DNA of 64,000 bases, from the NCBI GenBank assembly GCA_944390835.1, contig CALXQT010000024.1:3037-67036 (forward strand), read 5' to 3'. A program made the translations under genes and the position numbers. The DNA comes from an uncultured Alphaproteobacteria bacterium (GTDB lineage: Bacteria; Pseudomonadota; Alphaproteobacteria; Rs-D84). Under the pieces are notes generated by a model. That model searched no databases and was not told where the DNA came from. It saw only the letters and a program-made list of their open reading frames with translations. Positions 51,782 to 60,876 of this stretch are shown piece by piece (position 1 is the stretch's first letter; each line of letters begins with the position of its first letter).

Positions 51782-51937
51782 TTTCTACCTTTTCAAATTT
51801 TTATCTATACTTTTAGCATATTAGGACAAAAATAATAACCCTGTCAATTCTCAGAATAAGAACAAAATGTCATTTCTTTTGATTGCGGTTTAGGTTTATA
51901 GTATTTATACTATAATCATATAAAAGGAGTCATAGAT

Positions 51938-52585
51938 ATGAAAAAATTATTTGCTTTAATTGGGATTATTTCGATGTTAAGTGCATGCGCAACAGTTAAT
52001 CCTTATACTGGTGAAGCGCAAACATCAAAGGCAGTATGGGGTACGGCTATTGGTGCCGCAACTGGCGCTGCAACTGGTGCGCTGGTAGCAAAAAATAGCG
52101 GTGCAGGTGCTTTGGTTGGTGGTTTGGCTGGTGCCGCAATAGGGGGTGGGGCCGGTTATTATTTGGATGTACAAGAGGCAGAATTACGTCAAGAATTGGC
52201 TTCAACTGGTGTCAGTGTCGTACGCGATGGAGACAGTATACGTTTAATTATGCCGGGTAATATAACGTTTAAAACAGATTCTTCTGATATAAATGCTGGA
52301 TTCTATGCAACATTAAATTCTGTTGCCAAAGTATTAAACAAGTATGACGATTCTACGGTTATGGTGTTGGGATATACTGATAGTACCGGTAGCGCAGAAT
52401 ACAATCAATCTTTGTCTCTACAGCGTGCAAATGCCGTGGCGGCATATTTACAGGGGCAGGGCGTAAAAGCGTCTAGGTTTGAAATTATGGGGCTAGGATC
52501 GTCTAATCCGATAGCGTCTAATTCTACTGTTGAAGGGCGCCAGCAAAATCGACGTGTGGAGATAAAAATTATTCCAAACAAATAA
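51938..52585 (+). CDS. OmpA-family lipoprotein with a glycine-zipper region (YiaD-like)
   Basis: Lipobox MLSAC; GAATGAATGALVA...GGLAGAAIGGGAG glycine zipper; OmpA-C motif NQSLSLQRANAVAAYL. Confidence 0.8.
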   Translation: MKKLFALIGIISMLSACATVNPYTGEAQTSKAVWGTAIGAATGAATGALVAKNSGAGALVGGLAGAAIGGGAGYYLDVQEAELRQELASTGVSVVRDGDSIRLIMPGNITFKTDSSDINAGFYATLNSVAKVLNKYDDSTVMVLGYTDSTGSAEYNQSLSLQRANAVAAYLQGQGVKASRFEIMGLGSSNPIASNSTVEGRQQNRRVEIKIIPNK

Positions 52586-52612
52586 AAAACCCGCATAAGC
52601 GGGTTTTATTTT
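52586..52612. terminator. Bidirectional terminator AAAAAACCCGCATAAGCGGGTTTTATTTT
   Basis: Hairpin between the ompA-like gene(+) and PRAI-like paralogue 2(-). Confidence 0.7.
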
Positions 52613-53358
52613 TGTCTTTGTTCCCAATTTAAAGCATTTGTTATATACTTTACTGCTTTATCTAAATCAAAAATCCTGGTTCCTGGTTTCATTAATCGGC
52701 CCTCAGCGTCAATCCATATGTCATCTCTATCTCCTGCAACTTTGGCGATTTTATTAAGGTTTTCTGTAACATTTTCAGGCGATAAACCACCAGCATAACC
52801 CTGGGAATGCGTTTTATAAACAGGTTCGTCCCACGATGTCGGGCTGATCCCGGCCCCATAAGAGGCGTCAAACAGTAAGGAAAACTTGGCCCCTGTTTTA
52901 TTAAGCTCTTTAATAAAATCTTGTAAATCGTGGTTTGAGTTATAAGGAAAAATGAATTCTTGATAAGGAAATGATTTGATGATTTTAGATATTTGGTCAG
53001 GATTTGGTATTATTGTTCCGTCCCCCAAGTTTAACTGCCAACGTTTTATCATTGGCATACCTGTTGATTTATGTTTCCTCTGTAATAAATTATTTATTTC
53101 TTCTGGGGTGTTCCCTAAACAAAAATCAGAGCACCAATTGTAATTTATATGAATTGCGATATTTAATGGTGTGTGACAAGCATCTGAAATGTTTAAAAGG
53201 CGGTTTAACCATAGATTCCTTGGCATACCAGTGCACATACAAGGGCTGTGAGCCTGAATCCCCAATTCTACTTTTTTTGACCCTTTTAATAAATCTACCG
53301 CTTTTTCCGCCGGAACGTTTTCTCTGATATCAGAACATGTTATGTATCGTAGTTTCAT
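52606..53358 (-). CDS. PRAI(TrpF)-fold TIM-barrel protein, paralogue 2
   Basis: Same motif set (MKLRYITCS, KRWQLNLG, FSLLFDASYGAGIS..W, HSQGYAGGLSPENVTENLNKIAKVAGDRDDIWIDAEG). Start taken at the second Met (53358) by homology with paralogues 1 and 3. Confidence 0.6.
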   Translation of the reverse strand: MKLRYITCSDIRENVPAEKAVDLLKGSKKVELGIQAHSPCMCTGMPRNLWLNRLLNISDACHTPLNIAIHINYNWCSDFCLGNTPEEINNLLQRKHKSTGMPMIKRWQLNLGDGTIIPNPDQISKIIKSFPYQEFIFPYNSNHDLQDFIKELNKTGAKFSLLFDASYGAGISPTSWDEPVYKTHSQGYAGGLSPENVTENLNKIAKVAGDRDDIWIDAEGRLMKPGTRIFDLDKAVKYITNALNWEQRQK

Positions 53359-53369
53359 GAAAGATCTTT

Positions 53370-54113
53370 TTATTTTGTCTTTTGCCATTTTAATGCGGCA
53401 GTTATATATTGTTTTGCTTTATTTACGTCGAATTTTTTTGTGTCAGGATTTTTTAATTTACCTTCGGCGTCAATCCATATGTCATCTCTATCTCCTGCAA
53501 CCTTCGCGATTTTATTAAGGTTTTCTGTAACATTTTCTGGCGAAAGTCCACCCGCGTATCCTTGTGAATGTGCATCGAATAAAGGTGGACCCCAATTCTT
53601 TGCTAATTTACCTGCCCCGCCAGAAGTATCGTATAAAACAGAAAAGTTTATACCCGTTTTATCCAATCTATGTATTCTATTATATTCAGATGAACCATAT
53701 TGAAAAATGAATTCATTATTAGAAAATGTTTTTAATAATTTTGCAATTTCAGCAGTATTAAACAATTTCGTTTTGCTGCCATAAATATTTATTTGCCACC
53801 GTCGAATTACAGGAGAACCATCTGTACGGGTTAAAAGCAACCAATTTTTTATTTCTGGTGCTAGTATCCCTCTACAAAAATTATCACACCATTCCATGTT
53901 TACATGGACCGCTAAATTAGGAGCAGTTGGCATGTATAAACTTTCCCTTAAAAGTCGGTTAAACCATTGATTGCGTGGCATATCAGCAGACATTTTAGAA
54001 GGGTGGGCCTGTACTGCTATTTCTACAATTGGATCCAATTGTGATAAACGTAATAACGTTTCTACAGCGACGTTTTCCCTTGGGTCAGAACAGGTTATAT
54101 AACGTAACTTCAT
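53370..54113 (-). CDS. PRAI(TrpF)-fold TIM-barrel protein, paralogue 3; start overlaps the rlmN stop (ATGA)
   Basis: MKLRYITCS, RRWQINIYG, FSVLYDTSGGAGKLAKNW, HSQGYAGGLSPENV..., WIDAEGKL. The 37-aa C-terminal block is identical to paralogue 2. Confidence 0.6.
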   Translation of the reverse strand: MKLRYITCSDPRENVAVETLLRLSQLDPIVEIAVQAHPSKMSADMPRNQWFNRLLRESLYMPTAPNLAVHVNMEWCDNFCRGILAPEIKNWLLLTRTDGSPVIRRWQINIYGSKTKLFNTAEIAKLLKTFSNNEFIFQYGSSEYNRIHRLDKTGINFSVLYDTSGGAGKLAKNWGPPLFDAHSQGYAGGLSPENVTENLNKIAKVAGDRDDIWIDAEGKLKNPDTKKFDVNKAKQYITAALKWQKTK

Positions 54114-55216
54114 TTTGTACCTTTTGTGTTATTTAAACGTAATTGACCGCAGGCACTCCCTATATCCTGACCCCGTTCGCGACGGATTCTTGTATGAATA
54201 CCGTTTTTTATTAAAATGTCTTGAAATCTGTGTACGGCGTTACCAGATGGTGCGGCAAAATCCCTTTCATCAACCGCATTCCAAGGTATTAGATTTACCA
54301 TACAGTTTTTACCTTTTAGCAGGGTAGATAATTTCTCTGCATGTTCTGGTGTGGAATTTAATAACTCGGTTTCATCGTCTTTGTTTTTTCTGCCAAGTAA
54401 TATATACTCTATCATTAATTGTCGGTTATGCAGATTTGAAAATTCTGTTGCTGCGTCTAATACATCTTCTAGTTTATATTTATTATTTATTGGCATAATC
54501 TCGCTGCGTAATTCATTGGTTGGTGCATGCAACGATATTGCTAAATTGATAGGCCGCCCCCATTTGGTTAGTTCTTTAATTCCAGGAACTATTCCACAAG
54601 TAGAAACAGTTATCTTTCGCCATCCGATACCCATATCAGAATTGGCTCGTTCTATAAAACCAATTACATTTTCAATGTTTTGCAGCGGTTCCCCTGTACC
54701 CATTATAACGATGTGAGAAACGTCATTATTATTTGCGTCACCATTTGGGTGTATCGGTTTGTCTGAAAATTTATCGTTACGCAATTCCCATTGTGCAACT
54801 AGAATTTGAGAATATATTTCATTTACGGTTAAATTGCGCTTCAATCCTAATAAAGTACTGGCACAGAACTTACACCCCATGGCGCAACCAGCTTGAGAAC
54901 TGACACAGACACTATTACCATAACTAGTTCGCATTAAGACGCATTCAATCTGTTCGCAATCATTTAATTCAAGTAAAAATTTCGTCGTTTGACCGTCTGA
55001 AGAGTCTAATCGTTTTATTATACGAACCGGTAACGTTTGAGCAATACAATCCAGGTCTAGGCGCAATTTTTCTGGTAAATTTTTCATAGATTTGAAATCT
55101 GGGGCGCCCCGATTTAACCATTCACGAATTTGTTTCGCACGAAATTTTGGTTGTCTAAGCTTTGTTATAAACTCAACTAATTCTGTATCTGTTAAATTAA
55201 ATAATATAGTTTTCAT
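54110..55216 (-). CDS. rlmN: Dual-specificity RNA methyltransferase RlmN (radical SAM; 23S rRNA m2A2503 / tRNA m2A37)
   Basis: Radical-SAM CAMGCKFC motif plus the additional conserved Cys (SACGQ); 368 aa. Confidence 0.9.
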   Translation of the reverse strand: MKTILFNLTDTELVEFITKLRQPKFRAKQIREWLNRGAPDFKSMKNLPEKLRLDLDCIAQTLPVRIIKRLDSSDGQTTKFLLELNDCEQIECVLMRTSYGNSVCVSSQAGCAMGCKFCASTLLGLKRNLTVNEIYSQILVAQWELRNDKFSDKPIHPNGDANNNDVSHIVIMGTGEPLQNIENVIGFIERANSDMGIGWRKITVSTCGIVPGIKELTKWGRPINLAISLHAPTNELRSEIMPINNKYKLEDVLDAATEFSNLHNRQLMIEYILLGRKNKDDETELLNSTPEHAEKLSTLLKGKNCMVNLIPWNAVDERDFAAPSGNAVHRFQDILIKNGIHTRIRRERGQDIGSACGQLRLNNTKGTK

Positions 55217-56034
55217 AATGCGTATCTATCATCATTTATAACAACAACTGCTTTGCGTCGTAGTTGTTTAAGTTGTTGATCTGCAACGAACATGGCCTGT
55301 TTGAATAGAGTGTTTTGTTCTATCATATCATCCAACTTTCCGTATTCTGAGGTCTTTTTAGTATCACATACCAATAATACAGAACGATCTATAACTGGCG
55401 ACCAAGTTAATTTTGGCAATGTAGCAACGCGTTCGCGAATGTCTTCGGCAAGTTCATATTGCAAAGCGGTAAATTTTTGTGGCATCCCACCCAAATTTTG
55501 CGCCATTTGCATCGCTTCATCACAACTTTTTGGTTTCGTTAGTTTGGCCGCTACGTCTGCAGGTATATCAACCAAACGAATCAGCGTCATTTCTATTGGT
55601 AAACCTTGTTCTCGTGCAATATCTGCGCGTTCTGCGGCAACGTCTGCTTCTGTTACTTCTATAGTTGGCAGAATGGTTCTTGCCACGATTATTTGCCATG
55701 CTATTTCTGCACGCATCGCAGATTTTGCCATTTGTTTTTCTGTTTCTGATAAATCCCCCAGATTCATTTTTTTCAGTTCTTTTTCTACGGTATCGTCGTC
55801 TGGTATCGCATTGAAATTTTTTGCGTAGGCTAACTTTACGTTGTCGTCAATAATGTTTTGTAAAGCAATCCGACGATTATCTGTAGCCGCGTTACCCTGT
55901 TTTGCCATAAGAGTTGTTCGTGCTGTTATATCTGTATCCGTTATTGGTTCCCCGTTAACAGATGCAACGACAGATGCGGCGTTTACGGATTGAATACAAA
56001 ACAAAGAAAATATGATCGCAAATATTCTTTTCAT
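55213..56034 (-). CDS. SurA N-terminal-domain periplasmic chaperone-like protein (no PPIase domains)
   Basis: Signal peptide, SVVASVNGEPIT start typical of SurA, 273 aa; located downstream of lptD as surA is. Confidence 0.55.
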   Translation of the reverse strand: MKRIFAIIFSLFCIQSVNAASVVASVNGEPITDTDITARTTLMAKQGNAATDNRRIALQNIIDDNVKLAYAKNFNAIPDDDTVEKELKKMNLGDLSETEKQMAKSAMRAEIAWQIIVARTILPTIEVTEADVAAERADIAREQGLPIEMTLIRLVDIPADVAAKLTKPKSCDEAMQMAQNLGGMPQKFTALQYELAEDIRERVATLPKLTWSPVIDRSVLLVCDTKKTSEYGKLDDMIEQNTLFKQAMFVADQQLKQLRRKAVVVINDDRYAL

Positions 56035-56052
56035 AAAATTCCTTCCTTGGTG

Positions 56053-58065
56053 TTAATATTTCTGACCATTTATACTCATTCCAAATTTGAATTGAAAGGT
56101 TGTATTACCAACGTAGTCATACTTAATAGCATTATCTTTACGATATTGTAGCGATAAATAATAACATGGGTGCGTATAGAATATCCCACCTGTATGGCGT
56201 TGGAATCTATCATACGTAGCATTATATACTGCGTTAAAACGTATTGCCCATCTATCAGATAACTGTATGCCGACGCCCCCCATAATTTCGTTTATATTTT
56301 CACCCTCTGTATATTCATCAATAAATTGCTGTGACCACATATGGCTGATGTTAATAAAGTTTTTCGATTTCCAGAGATATGCGGATGTTTCTATGTGTCG
56401 TAAAGATAAATCAGATTGATCAAATCTGAAACGAGAGGATATTCTTATCCATTTTGAGTTATTATAACTAATTCTACCAACATAATCAGATGCACCATTA
56501 TGAAAGCCGCTATTTAAATTTGTATCGGCGCGTTCGTCAAAATCATATGTTTGACCTAAAAACAGTTCAAACATTTTTCCAGTAGTATTAAATGCGGTAT
56601 AGCGAACACCGTAATCGGCATATGTCCCATTTTCCCATAGATCTAATCCAGCAAACCGGTTATCAGAAAATAACGTTGTGTCTGATAAAAAAGCACCAGC
56701 TGAATCGTTATTTAATGTGAATTGGTCTTCATCTGTTTTGCGCATTATCGTTAATCTTGCCCGCGGTTCTATAACCTGTGTCCATTTAGAAGATGGTTTA
56801 AATAACGGCAAACCCCATTCTACGTAACCACTTGGCAAGAAACGATCTTTTAAACCAGAAAATTCAGAGGCATCAATCATTTCTGAATTATTAAAATTAT
56901 ACACGTCATATCTAGTAGATAAACTGGCCGTTATTCTATTTCCTCCCCATAAGGTCCAAGGTGATACAATACGAGCGTCACCTATTAAACGTTGAGAAGC
57001 CGTCCCATCACCAGATATACCCAAAACATCGGCATCTAATACAAGATAGGTTTCTTTAAAGAACGGGGTGGTTTGATATGTTGCTCTTATGTTCGGTAAG
57101 ATGTTACCAGATGGGGCTGTATATGTCCCCGTTGATCTACGTAATTCTTGGAATATATGCGCATCTGCAACAACGTAACTGGATTGACCGAAAACTTCTA
57201 ACTTTGCACCAGAATCCAAATATGGCTGATCATCATAAAATCCATACCTCTGCATGAATGTTTTATCAGATGCACGTTCTAAGAAGACGGTTGCGCGTGT
57301 GTATTCTCCGAGTTCTATAACGTCATTATTAAATATGTACCAACGATTTTCTCCGGCTTTGTTGTGAGTAAATGCACCGTGCGTTCGATATTGTGAATGG
57401 TCATAATTTAACCGATGTTCCATTTGGAACAATGGATTCTCTTGAGTTAAATATGATGTCGTTATAGTCAAGTCATGGGTGTCAGAAAAATTTATGTATA
57501 TAGGTACATTTATTTGCGTTCCCATGTTATTGGTTGATTCAAAATCGGGCATTAAAAATCCCGTCTTGTATTTTACGCTTGGGTCTGGCATTTCATAAAA
57601 AGGCAGCCAAAACACTGGTATATTATATGTCCAAAGTACCGAGTTAAAGAACTTTAACATATGGGTGTCTATATTATGAATAATTTTAGACGCCTTTATT
57701 TCCCAAGCGTTTCCGTATGCGTCGCAATCATCACATGCGGTAAACATCGCTTTATAAGCAATTGTTTTTTCACCTTCATGAACGACATTATTTGATTCGA
57801 CATAGACATGATCACCCAGCCATAATTTTATATCATCACCAGATAGTTCTTGTCCGTTTTTGGATAAATAAGAATCCGTCAACGTCATACGCTGACCGGT
57901 TTGATTAATTATTTCTGTGTTACCAGATGTTTTTATCGTTTCTGTTTTTACATCATATTCTATTTTATCAGAAGTTATTGTTTTTGGGGTTTCTATATCA
58001 AGAGACACGGCTTGTGCATAAGCCGGAATACAACTTAATAAAAGAAACAGATTAAACTTTCTCAT
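56053..58065 (-). CDS. lptD: LPS-assembly outer-membrane protein LptD
   Basis: Signal peptide, OstA-like N-domain plus a large beta-barrel (Tyr/Asn-rich); synteny lptFG-lptD-surA. Confidence 0.75.
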   Translation of the reverse strand: MRKFNLFLLLSCIPAYAQAVSLDIETPKTITSDKIEYDVKTETIKTSGNTEIINQTGQRMTLTDSYLSKNGQELSGDDIKLWLGDHVYVESNNVVHEGEKTIAYKAMFTACDDCDAYGNAWEIKASKIIHNIDTHMLKFFNSVLWTYNIPVFWLPFYEMPDPSVKYKTGFLMPDFESTNNMGTQINVPIYINFSDTHDLTITTSYLTQENPLFQMEHRLNYDHSQYRTHGAFTHNKAGENRWYIFNNDVIELGEYTRATVFLERASDKTFMQRYGFYDDQPYLDSGAKLEVFGQSSYVVADAHIFQELRRSTGTYTAPSGNILPNIRATYQTTPFFKETYLVLDADVLGISGDGTASQRLIGDARIVSPWTLWGGNRITASLSTRYDVYNFNNSEMIDASEFSGLKDRFLPSGYVEWGLPLFKPSSKWTQVIEPRARLTIMRKTDEDQFTLNNDSAGAFLSDTTLFSDNRFAGLDLWENGTYADYGVRYTAFNTTGKMFELFLGQTYDFDERADTNLNSGFHNGASDYVGRISYNNSKWIRISSRFRFDQSDLSLRHIETSAYLWKSKNFINISHMWSQQFIDEYTEGENINEIMGGVGIQLSDRWAIRFNAVYNATYDRFQRHTGGIFYTHPCYYLSLQYRKDNAIKYDYVGNTTFQFKFGMSINGQKY

Positions 58066-59156
58066 TTTTTAAATAATATAAATAATATCCCGCCTAATGT
58101 TGCAAAAATACCTAATGCCAGCAATAAAAACTGCGTTACACTACCGACCATATTAGATAAAGACATAAATAAAGACATAACTACCGCCATTGCAGCAACT
58201 GCAAGCGCAGGAGCAAAACTTGCCCGGCGTCGTAATAGTGACGAACGCAATAATATGGTTGCACACAATGCAGCAAGTATCAAATTCATAAGCGGGCCTA
58301 ATAATCTGGTGCATAATTCTGCTAGCACGACCTGGTGTTGTTTTTCCGAAGGTGAGTCTAATACAGACATTAACAATAAAGACGTGGGTACGCGCCGAAC
58401 ACGAAATGAATTTTCACCTTCTTTATCTTCAACGTTTAAGTCCATATCGAAATTATCAAATGTGCCGGTTGTCAAAGTTTCGCTTTTTGACTGTAAAGCA
58501 CCGTTTTTCATTACTATAGATAATCCCCTTGGCGTAGAAACCAACTTACCTTTTTCAGCAAATATAGTTATTGGGGAATTTTCATCTCTCATATCAGATA
58601 ACATTACTTGGCTTAAATCATGCCCAGATACCTTATCAACATAAACAACCAAACCATCTGCTAGTTCTGTAAATGCAGATTCTTGTAACTTCAGGTGAGC
58701 TAAACCATACCTTAGATTCCATTGGGTTGAATAAAATAATGCCTGGCTTTGTGGGACAACCCATATATTTAACATAAAATGTAATATGGTCAGCACTAAA
58801 GCCATCGCTAAAGCAGGACGAGCCAACTGTTTTGGTGATAATCCAGATGACGTCATAACAGTTATCTCATTATCTGATATAAGTTTATTATATATAAATA
58901 TAATCGCGATAAATGTGACGAATGGTATGATAATGGATACTATAAAAGGGACCATAAGGATAGTCATACCCAAAAAACTAGTTATATCTATGCCATAGTT
59001 TAATAAGAACTTCATCATGGACATAATTTGTAACATCCAAGCCAGTCCAGTTAATACCAATAACAGCATTATAAAAATCGCGACCAGCTGACGCGTAAAA
59101 TATCTATTTATTATTTTCATAATTTGAAGTATAAAGCCCAAAAGCGATAGCGTCAA
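58062..59156 (-). CDS. LPS export ABC permease of the LptF/LptG (YjgP/YjgQ) family
   Basis: 6-TM permease with a periplasmic beta-jellyroll. The stop overlaps the lptD start. Confidence 0.7.
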   Translation of the reverse strand: MTLSLLGFILQIMKIINRYFTRQLVAIFIMLLLVLTGLAWMLQIMSMMKFLLNYGIDITSFLGMTILMVPFIVSIIIPFVTFIAIIFIYNKLISDNEITVMTSSGLSPKQLARPALAMALVLTILHFMLNIWVVPQSQALFYSTQWNLRYGLAHLKLQESAFTELADGLVVYVDKVSGHDLSQVMLSDMRDENSPITIFAEKGKLVSTPRGLSIVMKNGALQSKSETLTTGTFDNFDMDLNVEDKEGENSFRVRRVPTSLLLMSVLDSPSEKQHQVVLAELCTRLLGPLMNLILAALCATILLRSSLLRRRASFAPALAVAAMAVVMSLFMSLSNMVGSVTQFLLLALGIFATLGGILFILFKK

Positions 59157-59248
59157 ATCTTATTTATGAAGATTAGTGATGTTGTGTAGATTTTTCTTGA
59201 TTTTATTCGATTCGGCGTAAATAATTAGTGTGTTCTTAAAAGTTTTTT

Positions 59249-59279
59249 AAGAGCGGGGTTGAAAAACCCCGCTCTTTTA
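59249..59279 (+). terminator. Stem-loop AAGAGCGGGGTTGAAAAACCCCGCTCTTTT about 40 nt upstream of the nusA start (leader terminator or attenuator); no rimP present
   Basis: 11-bp perfect stem followed by T4. Confidence 0.4.
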
Positions 59280-59319
59280 GTAAAAAGAGACATGATAAAC
59301 AAATAGAAGGAGATTACAA

Positions 59320-60858
59320 ATGTCTTTTGTTTCTATGCCCCGTCAAGATTTGTTATTGGCTATTGATTCTTTGGCCCAAGAAAAACAAATTGATCGTGAA
59401 ATAGTTATTGATTCTTTAGAAGCGGCTATTGCGAAAATAGCAAAGCATAAGTATGGTGAAGAATTTAATATTACAGCAGAAATAGACCGTAAAAATGGGG
59501 CCATTCATGTAAAGCGTTTGTTTGAGGTCATAGAATCCCCAGAGGCCAAGGGTGAAGAATATGATGCTAATACTATGCTTACGGTTGAGAAGGCGAAAAA
59601 ATATGCAAAAGACCCAAAGGTTGGGGATGTAGTTGAGGATCCTTTACCAGAACCAGAATTTGGGCGTATGGCTTTTCAGACGGCAAAACAAATTATGACT
59701 GCACGCGTTCGTGACGCTGAAAAGGGACGCCAATACGAAGAGTTTAAAGATAATATTGGTGATATAGTTAGCGGTGTTGTTAAACGTATTGAGTTTGGAA
59801 ATGTTTTTGTTGATATTAATGGCAAAGCTGAAGGTTATATCAAAGGAACAGAATTGATCCCAGGGGAACGCTTGGGCGTTGGGGATCGCGTTCGTGCATT
59901 AATTATGGATGTTGCGCGTTCAAATTCTGGGCCACAGATTTTCTTAACTCGTACCCATCCGATGTTTATGGAAAAACTATTCGTTCAAGAAGTTCCGGAA
60001 ATTTATGAGGGCATTATTAAAATAAAATCTGTTGCGCGTGCACCAGGAAGTCACGCAAAGATAGCAGTTGAAACTCAAGACCCATCTATTGATGCAGTTG
60101 GTATGACCGTTGGTATTAAAGGTACTCGCATTCAACCGGTTATTAATGAGTGCCATGGTGAAAAGATAGACGTAATATTATATTCAGAAGATCCGGCAGT
60201 GTTTATAGTTAATGCTATGCAGCCGGCAAAGGTAGCAAAGATTATCGTTGACGAAGATACAAGAAGTGCTGCGGTTGTGGTAAATGAAGATCAACAGTCT
60301 TTGGCAATTGGGCGGCGCGGTCAGAACGTCCGTCTGGCTTCTCAATTAACGGGATGGAATATCGATGTTATGAACGAAGCAGAAGAACAAGAAAGACGCG
60401 CTAAAGAAGTAAAAGAAAAAACAGAATTGTTCATCAGTGCGTTGGACGTTGATGAAATGTTGGCACATTTATTAATTACAGAGGGGTTCAGAACGATCGA
60501 AGAAATTGCATTCGTTGATGTTTCTGAACTTCAAAGTATAGAAGGGTTTAACGCAGAATTGGCAGCGGAATTACAAAATCGTGCAAAGGATTATTTGGCT
60601 CGTCAAGAAACTCAGTATAAAGAAGAAGGTCATAAACTGGGCATGGCGGATAGTCTGTTAGAATTTGATTTTATTAAACGTCCTATTATAATGCAATTAG
60701 GTAAAGCAGGAATAAAGTCTTTGGAAGATTTAGCAGATTTATCTACGGATGAATTGATTGAAATCTTGGGAGAAGATACGATGAGTCCTCGTTTGGCCGG
60801 TCGTGTAATTATGAAAGCGCGTGAGCTGGCGTACGGAATCACACAGGGTGAAGACTAA
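59320..60858 (+). CDS. nusA: Transcription termination/antitermination factor NusA (with C-terminal acidic repeats)
   Basis: N-terminal domain, S1, KH1/KH2, two AR repeats; 512 aa. Confidence 0.9.
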   Translation: MSFVSMPRQDLLLAIDSLAQEKQIDREIVIDSLEAAIAKIAKHKYGEEFNITAEIDRKNGAIHVKRLFEVIESPEAKGEEYDANTMLTVEKAKKYAKDPKVGDVVEDPLPEPEFGRMAFQTAKQIMTARVRDAEKGRQYEEFKDNIGDIVSGVVKRIEFGNVFVDINGKAEGYIKGTELIPGERLGVGDRVRALIMDVARSNSGPQIFLTRTHPMFMEKLFVQEVPEIYEGIIKIKSVARAPGSHAKIAVETQDPSIDAVGMTVGIKGTRIQPVINECHGEKIDVILYSEDPAVFIVNAMQPAKVAKIIVDEDTRSAAVVVNEDQQSLAIGRRGQNVRLASQLTGWNIDVMNEAEEQERRAKEVKEKTELFISALDVDEMLAHLLITEGFRTIEEIAFVDVSELQSIEGFNAELAAELQNRAKDYLARQETQYKEEGHKLGMADSLLEFDFIKRPIIMQLGKAGIKSLEDLADLSTDELIEILGEDTMSPRLAGRVIMKARELAYGITQGED

Positions 60859-60876
60859 TTTAACGGAGTACATTTT

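Noticed and set aside
53359-53388. First ATG of the PRAI-like paralogue-2 track ORF (MAKDKIKRSF...)
   Set aside because: Paralogues 1 and 3 both begin at M(K/D)LRYITCS. The first ATG lies inside the paralogue-3 coding end (AAATGGCAA), so the second Met (53358) is the more parsimonious start.
50929-54200. Integrated genomic island at tRNA-Val(TAC) with att direct repeats
   Set aside because: A direct repeat of the tRNA 3-prime end (…GAGTCCCTCAACATCCACCA) was looked for by eye at the far boundary (rlmN side) and not found, and no integrase is present. The locus is treated as a paralogue expansion near a tRNA, not a demonstrable island.
55292-55828. 178-aa ORF antisense to the surA-like gene and a 61-aa nested ORF
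   Set aside because: It lies inside the periplasmic-chaperone gene, has no start context or motifs, and its Ser/Ala-rich low complexity mirrors the sense strand.
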